Assembly: GCA_030614715.1 (NCBI GenBank)
Contig: JAUWTM010000006.1
Span: 1 to 62,403 of the forward strand
DNA length: 62,403 nt
Reading direction: 5' to 3'
DNA from: Planctomycetota bacterium
GTDB taxonomy: Bacteria; JAJVIF01; JAPKYR01
Shown here in pieces: positions 17,331 through 26,324 of this stretch; the first letter of the stretch is position 1, and the number at the start of each line of letters is the position of its first letter. The translations under genes were made by a program, and so were the position numbers. Below the pieces are notes generated by a model. The model was not told the origin of the DNA, made no database searches, and worked only from the letters and a program-made list of their open reading frames with translations.

Positions 17331-19685
17331 ATGATTAATAAAAATACTCGGTTTTCACTACTCCTGCTTTCAGCTCTATTTGCTGCACTATTCCTGGTTT
17401 CCGGTTGCTCAAACGACAACGGAGTCACGTTCCCGCTGCCGTCCGACACCGGACCGTTATCGATCGGGAATTTCGATCCGGCAATGGAAGTCATTTCCGG
17501 ATCGCTCCTTGATCCCGACCCCACCAGCACCCACGAACAAATTTACGTTGAAAATGAAGTGCTTGTGGTACTCACAGACGAGACTGAATCGCAGATTGAT
17601 GCCGGAATCATCAGCGCGTCGGCTGTATTCAGCGGACTTCCACTGGAGACTATCAGGACTCTCGAGGTTGAATGGGGAACGGTTTACAGGTTTGGAATTA
17701 CCGACAGCACTTCGGTTGAAGAACTGGTCGACACGCTGTGCGATGACTCGCGTGTTCGATTCGCTGAGCCAAACTATCTCGGAATCTGGACGGAAGCCCC
17801 GTACGTGCCGAACGATCCCATGTGGGAGAGCGGCGATCCCGGTACCGACCCGCGTGACAGCGTCTGGGAACAGTGGGGACCCGCCAAACTGGGCGCAAGC
17901 ATTGTCTGGAACGACTACAAGGGCGACAGCGACGTTATCGTCGCAATTATCGACACCGGAATCCGTCGCACGCATGAAGACCTGACCAATAAGATATGGA
18001 TCAATGAAGATGAGATCGGCGGGAATGGCATAGATGATGACGCTAACGGCTGGATCGATGACACGTGGGGATGGGACACCTTCAACAACGACAACGATCC
18101 ATGGGACGACCAGCCATGGAATTACTACCACGGCACCGGGTGCGCCGGGGTTGTCGGAGCAGAGCTTGATAACAATGTCGGCATAACAGGCGTGGCTCCG
18201 GGTGTTAAGTTAATGGCTATAAAGGCCGACATGGACGATGGTCCGACCTGTGTCGCGTCGGTTATAGAGGCTTGGGATTATGCGAAGGTAAACGGTGCGG
18301 ATGTCGTCTCGATGTCGTTCATAGTTCTTTTCCCGACACCTCTTCTCGAAGTTGCAGCGGACGCGACATGGGACAACGGCAACGGCCCGATACTCATGGC
18401 ATCGGCCGGGAACTACAACAACCAGATCCAGTATCCACCCGCGATGTACGACTCGGTGATCTGTGTCGGCGCGACAATTCCATGGTCACGATTCAACAAT
18501 CCTGTGGATGAGCGACGAATACAAACCGGATGGGCGTCCTGGTGGTGGGGATCGACGTACGGCGCGCACCTCGACATCATGGCATTCGGGGAAAGGTACT
18601 ACAGCACGTTCGGCTCTGGCGATTCACAGTACTGGGACGGTGTAAGTCACCCCTTCTTCAACGGTACGTCCTGCGCGTGCCCGAATGCCGCCGCGGTCAT
18701 GGCACTGGTGAAGTCGGCGCATCCGACCGAGACGGGCCTCTGGTACTGGAACCGCATCATCGATACCTGCGACGATCTTGAAACACCGGGATACGACATT
18801 CAGACGGGAAACGGCCGTGTGAACGCCGTCCGGGCGGTATACGGTTCGGACCGGTACGCCAGTCTCGAGGATTCGAACGGGTTCGTGCCGATTGCCGACG
18901 ATGAAACGCTGTTCGATTCAATTCATGACGTGGTCGGTAATCCTCACGAGGACACCGAGGATCTTTACAAGATCACGCCATCATCAGACGGCTGCATGAC
19001 CGTAACGATCGATATATTCACGTTCGGTGAGGACGTGGACATGGCGATATACTCCGACATCGCGATGACGAACCTGATCGATGAGTCCACGATTGAAAAT
19101 CATTTCAATTCAAGTTACGAGATTGTCGAGGCGAGTGTCGTGTCCGGCACTACGTATTACGTGAAAATATATTCTCCCGCTGTCGGAAACTCGACAACGT
19201 ACGGAGTGACTGTCGATCTCATTGATAACAATCTCGACGTAAGCGGGACAAACCTCGCACCGGTTAACGCATACTGCGGGGAGTCGGAGGTCCCGTTCCT
19301 GATGCTGGACCTTGACCTGGACTGTGGTGCGACCCTCGATGAACTAACTGTCCATCTGCACGGCACAAGCTCAATCGGGACCTGGGGAGCACCGCGTCTC
19401 TACGAGGACACGAACGGCGATGACATTTTCGATGGTGGCGACGTGCTTATATGCAGCGAACCTACTCCGAATGCTAACGCTTACTCTTTCGTGTCGCTAG
19501 GCATGGCGTGGGATGAATCGGAGCCGTTGACATTGTTCATCGCGGCCGATCTGTCGACGGATATAGAGGTTGGTGATCTAGTTTACCTGAATGTGGAAAG
19601 TACATCGGATGTCGTGTGCGAGGAAAATGTGACGCTTAATCCGGGAGATTTCCCGATCCAGTCGAGTTTTGTGACGATAAATTGA
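17331..19685 (+). CDS. Lipoprotein S8 (subtilisin-like) serine peptidase with prodomain and PPC-like domain
   Basis: Lipobox 'VSGC'; catalytic 'IIDTG', 'HGTGCAG' and 'NGTSCACP'; oxyanion 'SAGN'; PPC-like 'DTEDLYKI...DVDMAIY...YYVKIY'. Confidence 0.93.
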   Translation: MINKNTRFSLLLLSALFAALFLVSGCSNDNGVTFPLPSDTGPLSIGNFDPAMEVISGSLLDPDPTSTHEQIYVENEVLVVLTDETESQIDAGIISASAVFSGLPLETIRTLEVEWGTVYRFGITDSTSVEELVDTLCDDSRVRFAEPNYLGIWTEAPYVPNDPMWESGDPGTDPRDSVWEQWGPAKLGASIVWNDYKGDSDVIVAIIDTGIRRTHEDLTNKIWINEDEIGGNGIDDDANGWIDDTWGWDTFNNDNDPWDDQPWNYYHGTGCAGVVGAELDNNVGITGVAPGVKLMAIKADMDDGPTCVASVIEAWDYAKVNGADVVSMSFIVLFPTPLLEVAADATWDNGNGPILMASAGNYNNQIQYPPAMYDSVICVGATIPWSRFNNPVDERRIQTGWASWWWGSTYGAHLDIMAFGERYYSTFGSGDSQYWDGVSHPFFNGTSCACPNAAAVMALVKSAHPTETGLWYWNRIIDTCDDLETPGYDIQTGNGRVNAVRAVYGSDRYASLEDSNGFVPIADDETLFDSIHDVVGNPHEDTEDLYKITPSSDGCMTVTIDIFTFGEDVDMAIYSDIAMTNLIDESTIENHFNSSYEIVEASVVSGTTYYVKIYSPAVGNSTTYGVTVDLIDNNLDVSGTNLAPVNAYCGESEVPFLMLDLDLDCGATLDELTVHLHGTSSIGTWGAPRLYEDTNGDDIFDGGDVLICSEPTPNANAYSFVSLGMAWDESEPLTLFIAADLSTDIEVGDLVYLNVESTSDVVCEENVTLNPGDFPIQSSFVTIN

Positions 19686-19710
19686 TGGTGCTATTATTGG
19701 TGTGTTGAAG

Positions 19711-21201
19711 TTAATCCTTTGAACGTCCCATAATCTCGAACATATGTATAATCGGCCGATTTTCTAATTCGTTTCTTTCTCCTTTATCTTTTTTGTAATC
19801 TTTAATAATTGATTCTATACTTGCCCCTTCTATTAATAAACCGAGTATGTTTAAAACTGGGAAAAATTGGCAAATAACACCCATGACAATTCTTGGAATC
19901 CTACTAAACCATCTTCTGTTCTGTTCATTGATGACTATTTGAAGCTCCTTGTGTGCGTGATCCAATTTAGCATTAATTTCATCAATAATTTCTTGAGAAA
20001 GGTCAATGTAATTTTCAATTGTAGATTTCCTTAACTTTCTTCTGTTCACACGAAATATTTCTCTATAATTCTCCATCAATCCAGATTCTCTTATTTTTAA
20101 TAGATCTTCAATACATACTGCTGTTAGCCAATCCATTTTTTTACTCATCAGTGCTGCTTGAATGGGTAATTCTTCCCTAATTCCATAGTTTCGAATAAAT
20201 TGCTCTGCTTTGGCAGCTTTCGTTTTATATAATTCCCAATGATGTTTTGGTATACAATGATCGATACCTAATTGTGAAGCCGAACATTCTACCCATTCTA
20301 AATTCTTGAAAGTGTTTGAAATGATTAAAAATATTGTACAAAAATTCCTAAATTTCTCAGGTAATTTATTTAAGTTATAATATTTGTTGAAATCAGGATA
20401 GCCATTCCGATATGTCTGCGCAATTTCAATAATAGAATTGGCTTCGTATGTTTTAATTAATTTTCCATATACGGAATGCTGTTCCAAGGCGCTTAAAACA
20501 AATTCCTCGGATTTCTCATCAATTAGGTTAAACCAATCATCAATGTTACTATACTCATAGCCAGTAGCCTCTGAAATCAACGCATTACTATAATATTCAT
20601 CTGGTGTTAATTCAAAAAAATTTTGTGTGCTTTCCTTTAACTCATCACTCGGAGGAACTATTATTGCAATTGGGATGTCAGTTTCTGATTTCATGAGTGG
20701 AGAGATTCTGTCTATTATTAACACACTTTCCAATAATTGATTTAAAGAAAAACTTAAATCAACGATACTATAACTTTGCTTGTGCATATGCTGTTTTTTT
20801 GCGGCTATATACAGTGGATCCAAGACACAAATGGCATCAAAGTAAACACCTAATCGTGTACAAGCATTATCGTATCCAAAGCCATGAGAACTTATTTCGC
20901 CAATTTGTGTAATTAGATTAGAACTTTCTTTAATTGAATTATGCAATTCTTTCATGTTTACTCGCCAAAATTCCATTACATCATCGAGCAGTGATTTAAT
21001 TATGTGATCAATAGGATGAATAATCCGCGTAGGAGTTGGGATTCTTAGTTTACTATGATAACTAGTATTAATATAATTATAAGTATATTGGTCGATGCTA
21101 ACATCTGTTGATCTAAAGCCTTTTCTAAAATCAATTAGATGAGATTCAAACATATCTAGGTATTCGACTTGGATTTTACTTATGGCTCGTTCGGGATTCA
21201 A
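19711..21201 (-). CDS. AT-rich hypothetical protein, probably horizontally acquired
   Basis: 496-aa ORF with GAGG RBS. It is visibly much more AT-rich than its neighbours and has a hydrophobic segment near the C-terminus. Confidence 0.8.
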   Translation of the reverse strand: MNPERAISKIQVEYLDMFESHLIDFRKGFRSTDVSIDQYTYNYINTSYHSKLRIPTPTRIIHPIDHIIKSLLDDVMEFWRVNMKELHNSIKESSNLITQIGEISSHGFGYDNACTRLGVYFDAICVLDPLYIAAKKQHMHKQSYSIVDLSFSLNQLLESVLIIDRISPLMKSETDIPIAIIVPPSDELKESTQNFFELTPDEYYSNALISEATGYEYSNIDDWFNLIDEKSEEFVLSALEQHSVYGKLIKTYEANSIIEIAQTYRNGYPDFNKYYNLNKLPEKFRNFCTIFLIISNTFKNLEWVECSASQLGIDHCIPKHHWELYKTKAAKAEQFIRNYGIREELPIQAALMSKKMDWLTAVCIEDLLKIRESGLMENYREIFRVNRRKLRKSTIENYIDLSQEIIDEINAKLDHAHKELQIVINEQNRRWFSRIPRIVMGVICQFFPVLNILGLLIEGASIESIIKDYKKDKGERNELENRPIIHMFEIMGRSKD

Positions 21202-21249
21202 AGTTCCACCTCGTGTATGGCCTTAATATACGAAATAAAAATTATTCCA

Positions 21250-23415
21250 CTATCCCCTATACTTTTTGCCTCTCGAGCCTCTTTTACGGAGTTTTGCCTG
21301 ACGTGCCTGTCCCGGGGTCGACACGCGCCTCTTACGCTTCTTCTTCTGAGCCTGCGATTCAACCTTCCCCGTCAGGTATGCCTCGAGAGCCGTGATCTCA
21401 TCGCGAAGTTCCGCGGCACGCTCGAAGTGCATGTCGCCGGCCTCCGCGAGCATCTCGGTACGGATCATCTCGATGATCTGCGGCAGCTCATCCTTCGTTA
21501 ATTCGATACCCTCGAAGTTAATCGTACCACCATCGACAGCCGCGACCTCCGCTTCATCGGCCTCGATATCCGATGCGATGTCCCTGATCTCTTTTTCAAT
21601 CGATGTCGGGGTAATCCCGTGTTCTTTGTTATATGCTTCCTGAATTTTCCGACGTCGGGTAGTCTCATCCATCGCGGCCTTGATCGCAGGAGTGATCGTA
21701 TCGGCGTATAAAATGACCTTTCCATCTGAATGACGCGCCGCGCGTCCCATTGTCTGGATAAGAGAGGTCTCAGACCTTAAAAATCCGGCCTTGTCCGCAT
21801 CGAGAATTGCCACTAGAGAAACTTCGGGAAGGTCAAGACCCTCTCTCAGCAGGTTGATGCCTATCAGGATGTCAAACTCACCCCGTCGAAGGTCTCTCAG
21901 GATCCTGACGCGGTCGAGAGTGTCGATCTCGCTGTGCAGATAACGAACGCGATGCCCCATTCCCTCGAGGTAGTCGGTTAAATCTTCGGACATTTTCTTG
22001 GTCAGCGTTGTAATCAGCGTTCGCTGTCCGGCTTTTGACCTTTCAGTAATCTCGTCCATCACGTCATCGACCTGCGTGGACACCTTTCGAACCTCGATTT
22101 CCGGATCGAGAAGCCCGGTCGGACGGATTATCAATTCTATAGTTCGCTTTGTGTGCTCCCGCTCGTACGGACCGGGTGTTGCAGTCGTGAAGATAACCTG
22201 GTTGATGTACTGCTCGAATTCGTCGAACCTCAGCGGACGGTTATCGAGCGCGCTCGGAAGACGGAATCCGTACTCGACAAGATTCAGCTTCCTCGAACGA
22301 TCACCGTTGTACATCCCGTTAAGCTGAGGGATGGTCTGGTGCGATTCGTCGATGATCATTAAATAATCTTCGGGAAAATATTCGACCAGCGTCGAGGGAG
22401 GCTCACCCGGTTCACGTCCGGAGAAAAATCTTGAATAATTTTCGATCCCCGAACAGAAACCGAGCTCGCGTATGCAGTCGAGGTCGTACATCGTGCGGTC
22501 CTTCAGACGTTCCGCGTAGAGGTGTTTCTCCTCCTTCTTGAGAAGCTCGTACTTGACATCGAGCTCCTTCATGATGTTCTGGAGGATGACCTCCTGGCGG
22601 TCCGGAAGGATCACGTAGTGGCTTGCCGGGAAAACGGTTGTTTCGTCGACGATCTCAAGGACTTCACCGGTAACCGGATGGATACGTGCGAGGCTCTCGC
22701 ACTCATCACCGAAGAAGGTCATCCTGACTACAACTTCCTCGTTGACCGGGAACAACTCGATCGTGTCTCCCTTGACCCTGAACGCACCGCGGATCAGCGA
22801 AAGGTCGTTACGGAGGTACTGCATGTCGATCAGCTTGCGGAGAAGACGGCGTCGCTCGTATTCCTCGCCCACTTTCAGGTTGATGGACATATCGGAATAA
22901 TCCGCCGGTGAACCCAGGCCGTAGATGCAGCTTACTGTCGCCACGATTATGACGTCGCGGCGCATGAGAAGTGCCTGGGTGGAGGCGTGACGCATGCGGT
23001 CGACATCCTCGTTGACATCCGCGTCCTTCTCGATATAAAGGTCCTTGGCGGGGACGTACGCTTCCGGCTGGTAGTAATCATAATATGAGACAAAATATCC
23101 GACGAAATTATTCGGGAAGAATGCGCGGTACTCGGCGGTGAGCTGGGCTGCGAGGGTCTTGTTGTGAGTGACAACGAGAGCGGGACGCTGCGTCTCCTGG
23201 ATCACCTGCGCCATCGTGTACGTCTTGCCAGACCCGGTGACACCGAGAAGCGTCTGCATTTTATTTCCGGCGTCAAGGCTTTCGAGCAACTCCTTAATGG
23301 CCTTGGGTTGATCGCCAGCGGGCTGGTACTCTGAAACCAGCTCGAAAGGCTTCCCTTTTTTTCGTGTAATCAGATCCAATCCGTTTCTCACCTGTCGACG
23401 GTCATCATACACCAA
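21250..23415 (-). CDS. uvrB: Excinuclease ABC subunit B
   Basis: Motifs 'GDQPKAI', 'GVTGSGKT', 'YYDYYQPEAY', 'DESH', 'GINLLREGLD', 'GRAAR' and a C-terminal UVR domain 'FERAAELRD'. The true start may lie a few codons downstream. Confidence 0.98.
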   Translation of the reverse strand: MVYDDRRQVRNGLDLITRKKGKPFELVSEYQPAGDQPKAIKELLESLDAGNKMQTLLGVTGSGKTYTMAQVIQETQRPALVVTHNKTLAAQLTAEYRAFFPNNFVGYFVSYYDYYQPEAYVPAKDLYIEKDADVNEDVDRMRHASTQALLMRRDVIIVATVSCIYGLGSPADYSDMSINLKVGEEYERRRLLRKLIDMQYLRNDLSLIRGAFRVKGDTIELFPVNEEVVVRMTFFGDECESLARIHPVTGEVLEIVDETTVFPASHYVILPDRQEVILQNIMKELDVKYELLKKEEKHLYAERLKDRTMYDLDCIRELGFCSGIENYSRFFSGREPGEPPSTLVEYFPEDYLMIIDESHQTIPQLNGMYNGDRSRKLNLVEYGFRLPSALDNRPLRFDEFEQYINQVIFTTATPGPYEREHTKRTIELIIRPTGLLDPEIEVRKVSTQVDDVMDEITERSKAGQRTLITTLTKKMSEDLTDYLEGMGHRVRYLHSEIDTLDRVRILRDLRRGEFDILIGINLLREGLDLPEVSLVAILDADKAGFLRSETSLIQTMGRAARHSDGKVILYADTITPAIKAAMDETTRRRKIQEAYNKEHGITPTSIEKEIRDIASDIEADEAEVAAVDGGTINFEGIELTKDELPQIIEMIRTEMLAEAGDMHFERAAELRDEITALEAYLTGKVESQAQKKKRKRRVSTPGQARQAKLRKRGSRGKKYRG

Positions 23416-23554
23416 AACACAAAAGAACTAAAAATATTTTCAGTGTTTTATCACCATGGTTGGCAGCTGCAGCAATTATTACCAGGAAACACATTACATA
23501 TTGTGAAAATTATTTAAATACTGTATCTTTATGAATGGGTAAATGGAGGTCAGT

Positions 23555-26032
23555 ATGCGTGCACTTCAGATCTTTATCCTGTTATCAATGACAGCGATGC
23601 TTATCAGCTGCCAGGGAACCAACTCGACAGTAATCCCACCTGTCCAGGATAACGAATCAGGCTCACCAGACTACAACATTACCGATCCGGGAGGATCGAA
23701 CCGCGCACTACTCGGATTCTGGGATATCTCGATCGCGGGTGATGGTCAACGTGTCGAGGTCGTACCCAACCGTTCGGTGATGATGCACTTTAATGTGGTT
23801 ATCAAGCTCGAAGAGGAACCGTGCACTAATTGCCTGAGCGTGCAGAATCTGATCTGGATAACACCGGAAATCGTGCAGGCTGACTTCAGGCTCCAGCACC
23901 CATTCCCCGGCATCCTGAAACTTACCGCATTCGATGTGAGGGGGATTTTCATTTCCGGTGCAGACTTTACATTCCCGGTGAGTGGTCGGACCATTGCATA
24001 CAACAACACTACCCCGCGAATGCTGGTTCCCGATGGTTATACGTCTCTCTTCAACCCGACCGAGTTTCCGGAGGACGGTCCGACATTTGCCATACTGAAG
24101 TACTATTCCGGTAAGTTCTCAACTGGAGGAGATTTATCGTCGACCTTAAATCCGTTCGTGGCTTACGGGCAGGCCAATCCTCGCAGGCTTTTCGAAGCCG
24201 GTTCCACGGAAAGCCGGACCGTCCGGGTGCATTTCCCGGCGGCACCGATACAATTTGGTTATGCTGTCGATGCATCGTGGGTGCTGGTCGACGAGGTAAT
24301 CGACCCTGTGGAGGATTTCCCGCCCGAAGCCAACTGCCACGAGGCTTACAGGGTGGTTTTAAACAACGGTGAGCCGGTCTCGATCGATGCACACGGGGCA
24401 GGATTGAATATAGAAGTCTTTGACCACCAGGGACTGGACACTATATCAACAGTCACCGTTGAAGCTCCGGATTTTTTCGATGGTCAGGTCACTGCGGATT
24501 ATCTCCAACAAATGTCGGAAGACAGCTGGTTATTTTCCGCCCTGCTTTACGCTGCCAATCCGGTACCACCCGGGACGTACCCCCTGCTTGTCAGGATTAC
24601 GGATGTAAATGAGGATCCAAACCTTGGCGCCATCGATGCGTGGTATGTCGCAGACGTAAACGTTGGCGGAACACAGCAGGACGGCTGGGCGAGGACCTGG
24701 GGAGGAGTGCTGACCAACAGTTCCATGTCAATTGACACCGGCTCAACAGCTGATATTTTTGTCAGCGGTAATTATGAAGTGGGACTTGCAGTCGACGCGG
24801 AGGTAAGAAGATACAAGCCGTACGGTGCCCTTGTCTGGGAATGCACATGGGGAAGTTCGGGCAAGGACTTTGGCCTGGGCGTGTGCGTGGACAACAGCAG
24901 CAACATCTGGGTAACCGGACATTTTCAGGGTACTGTAGATTTCGATCCCGGTCCGGGTGAGGAATTACACACTGCGGTTGATGACTACGGCGCATACCTG
25001 AGTAAATTTGATTTCGTCGGTAATTTCCAGTACGCGCTGACCTGGGGGGGTGCCGAGAGCTACGGTGTGAAATGCGATGGTGCCGGGAACTTATACCTGG
25101 GGGGCAGTTTCTACGGCACTGTGGACTTCGACCCGGGTCCGGGAGTCTGCGAGTTGACTGCAATCGGCTCGAATGACAGCTACCTCACAAAGTTCAATTC
25201 CAACGGAGAGCATGTCTGGGCGGTGAGATGGGGAAGTCTCGGGAGCTCACTAGAGGACAATGTCTGGGCTCTCGACATAAACGAACTTGGCGACCTGTAC
25301 GCAACAGGAAAGTTTACCGGTACCACGGACTTCGATCCCGGTCCGGGAGTCGACGAACACACCTCAAATCATAATCTCGATGCATTCAGCACCAAGTTTG
25401 ATCTCGACGGGAATCACCAATGGGCCGTCACCTGGGGCGGTCAGGATTACGACAGGGCAGTCGGACTGGCGACAGATAACATGGGAAATGTAATTGTCAC
25501 CGGCAGGTTCCCCGGTGATAACGTCGATTTCGATCCGGGACCCGGCACGGATAACCACAGCGCTGCCGGCAGCTCCGATATCTTCGTGACAAAATTCAAC
25601 TTCGCCGGTGAATTCCAGTGGGCTCACACTTGGGGCGGTATCGCGCTGGAACTGGAACACGGTCACCGCGTGGCAGTTGATTCTACAGCGAATATCTACG
25701 TAACCGGCATGTATTACGGCGATGGTGTGGATTTCGATCCCGGCCCGGGGATGGACGAGAGGACATCTAACGGGGACTTCGATATCTTCCTTGTCAAGTT
25801 CGATCCGGACGGCAACTACATGATGGCCCGCACCTGGGGCGGTCCCGACTACGACGCCGGCCAGGGAGTGACTATCGATCCAATGGGCAACATCATCATG
25901 GGCGGTCATTTCCAGGAGTTTGTAAACTTCGCTCCAAGTTACGATCCATGCTATGAACCCGAGGACTGGCATGCATCGAACGGCAGCTCCGACTCCTTCC
26001 TTATAAAATTCCTACCCGACGGATGCTGGTGA
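23555..26032 (+). CDS. Modular lipoprotein family member 2 (N-module + SBBP-like DFDPGPG beta-propeller repeats)
   Basis: ATG 23555 after GGAGG; lipobox 'LISC'; N-module motifs; repeated 'W..TWGG...D...G.F...DFDPGPG...D.F..KF'. Confidence 0.9.
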   Translation: MRALQIFILLSMTAMLISCQGTNSTVIPPVQDNESGSPDYNITDPGGSNRALLGFWDISIAGDGQRVEVVPNRSVMMHFNVVIKLEEEPCTNCLSVQNLIWITPEIVQADFRLQHPFPGILKLTAFDVRGIFISGADFTFPVSGRTIAYNNTTPRMLVPDGYTSLFNPTEFPEDGPTFAILKYYSGKFSTGGDLSSTLNPFVAYGQANPRRLFEAGSTESRTVRVHFPAAPIQFGYAVDASWVLVDEVIDPVEDFPPEANCHEAYRVVLNNGEPVSIDAHGAGLNIEVFDHQGLDTISTVTVEAPDFFDGQVTADYLQQMSEDSWLFSALLYAANPVPPGTYPLLVRITDVNEDPNLGAIDAWYVADVNVGGTQQDGWARTWGGVLTNSSMSIDTGSTADIFVSGNYEVGLAVDAEVRRYKPYGALVWECTWGSSGKDFGLGVCVDNSSNIWVTGHFQGTVDFDPGPGEELHTAVDDYGAYLSKFDFVGNFQYALTWGGAESYGVKCDGAGNLYLGGSFYGTVDFDPGPGVCELTAIGSNDSYLTKFNSNGEHVWAVRWGSLGSSLEDNVWALDINELGDLYATGKFTGTTDFDPGPGVDEHTSNHNLDAFSTKFDLDGNHQWAVTWGGQDYDRAVGLATDNMGNVIVTGRFPGDNVDFDPGPGTDNHSAAGSSDIFVTKFNFAGEFQWAHTWGGIALELEHGHRVAVDSTANIYVTGMYYGDGVDFDPGPGMDERTSNGDFDIFLVKFDPDGNYMMARTWGGPDYDAGQGVTIDPMGNIIMGGHFQEFVNFAPSYDPCYEPEDWHASNGSSDSFLIKFLPDGCW

Positions 26033-26324
26033 TATTGCATCTGGTACCCGGCATATTTGGTCTCACTGGTGCTTGTTTATTCGAAGTATTAGGGTAAGCT
26101 GTAAATAACCTTTTCAGGAGGTCAGTCATTTGAGCCGTGTCGGGAATGTGGCAGTTCCCGACTGTACCCAACAACATCATCATTGTTCTATCTAAGTGCA
26201 AGGTTCAACCCTCTGACCTGACAACATCATTGCGATCCACCCTTTTACCAGCCGTGAGCTTCACCTGGCTGGTGTGGGTTTCACATAAACTTATTCTCAT
26301 TCAACCTTTCAGGAGGCACCTCTG

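Noticed and set aside
19686-21249. IS or prophage boundary around the AT-rich gene
   Set aside because: No terminal inverted repeats, target duplication, transposase or phage genes seen.
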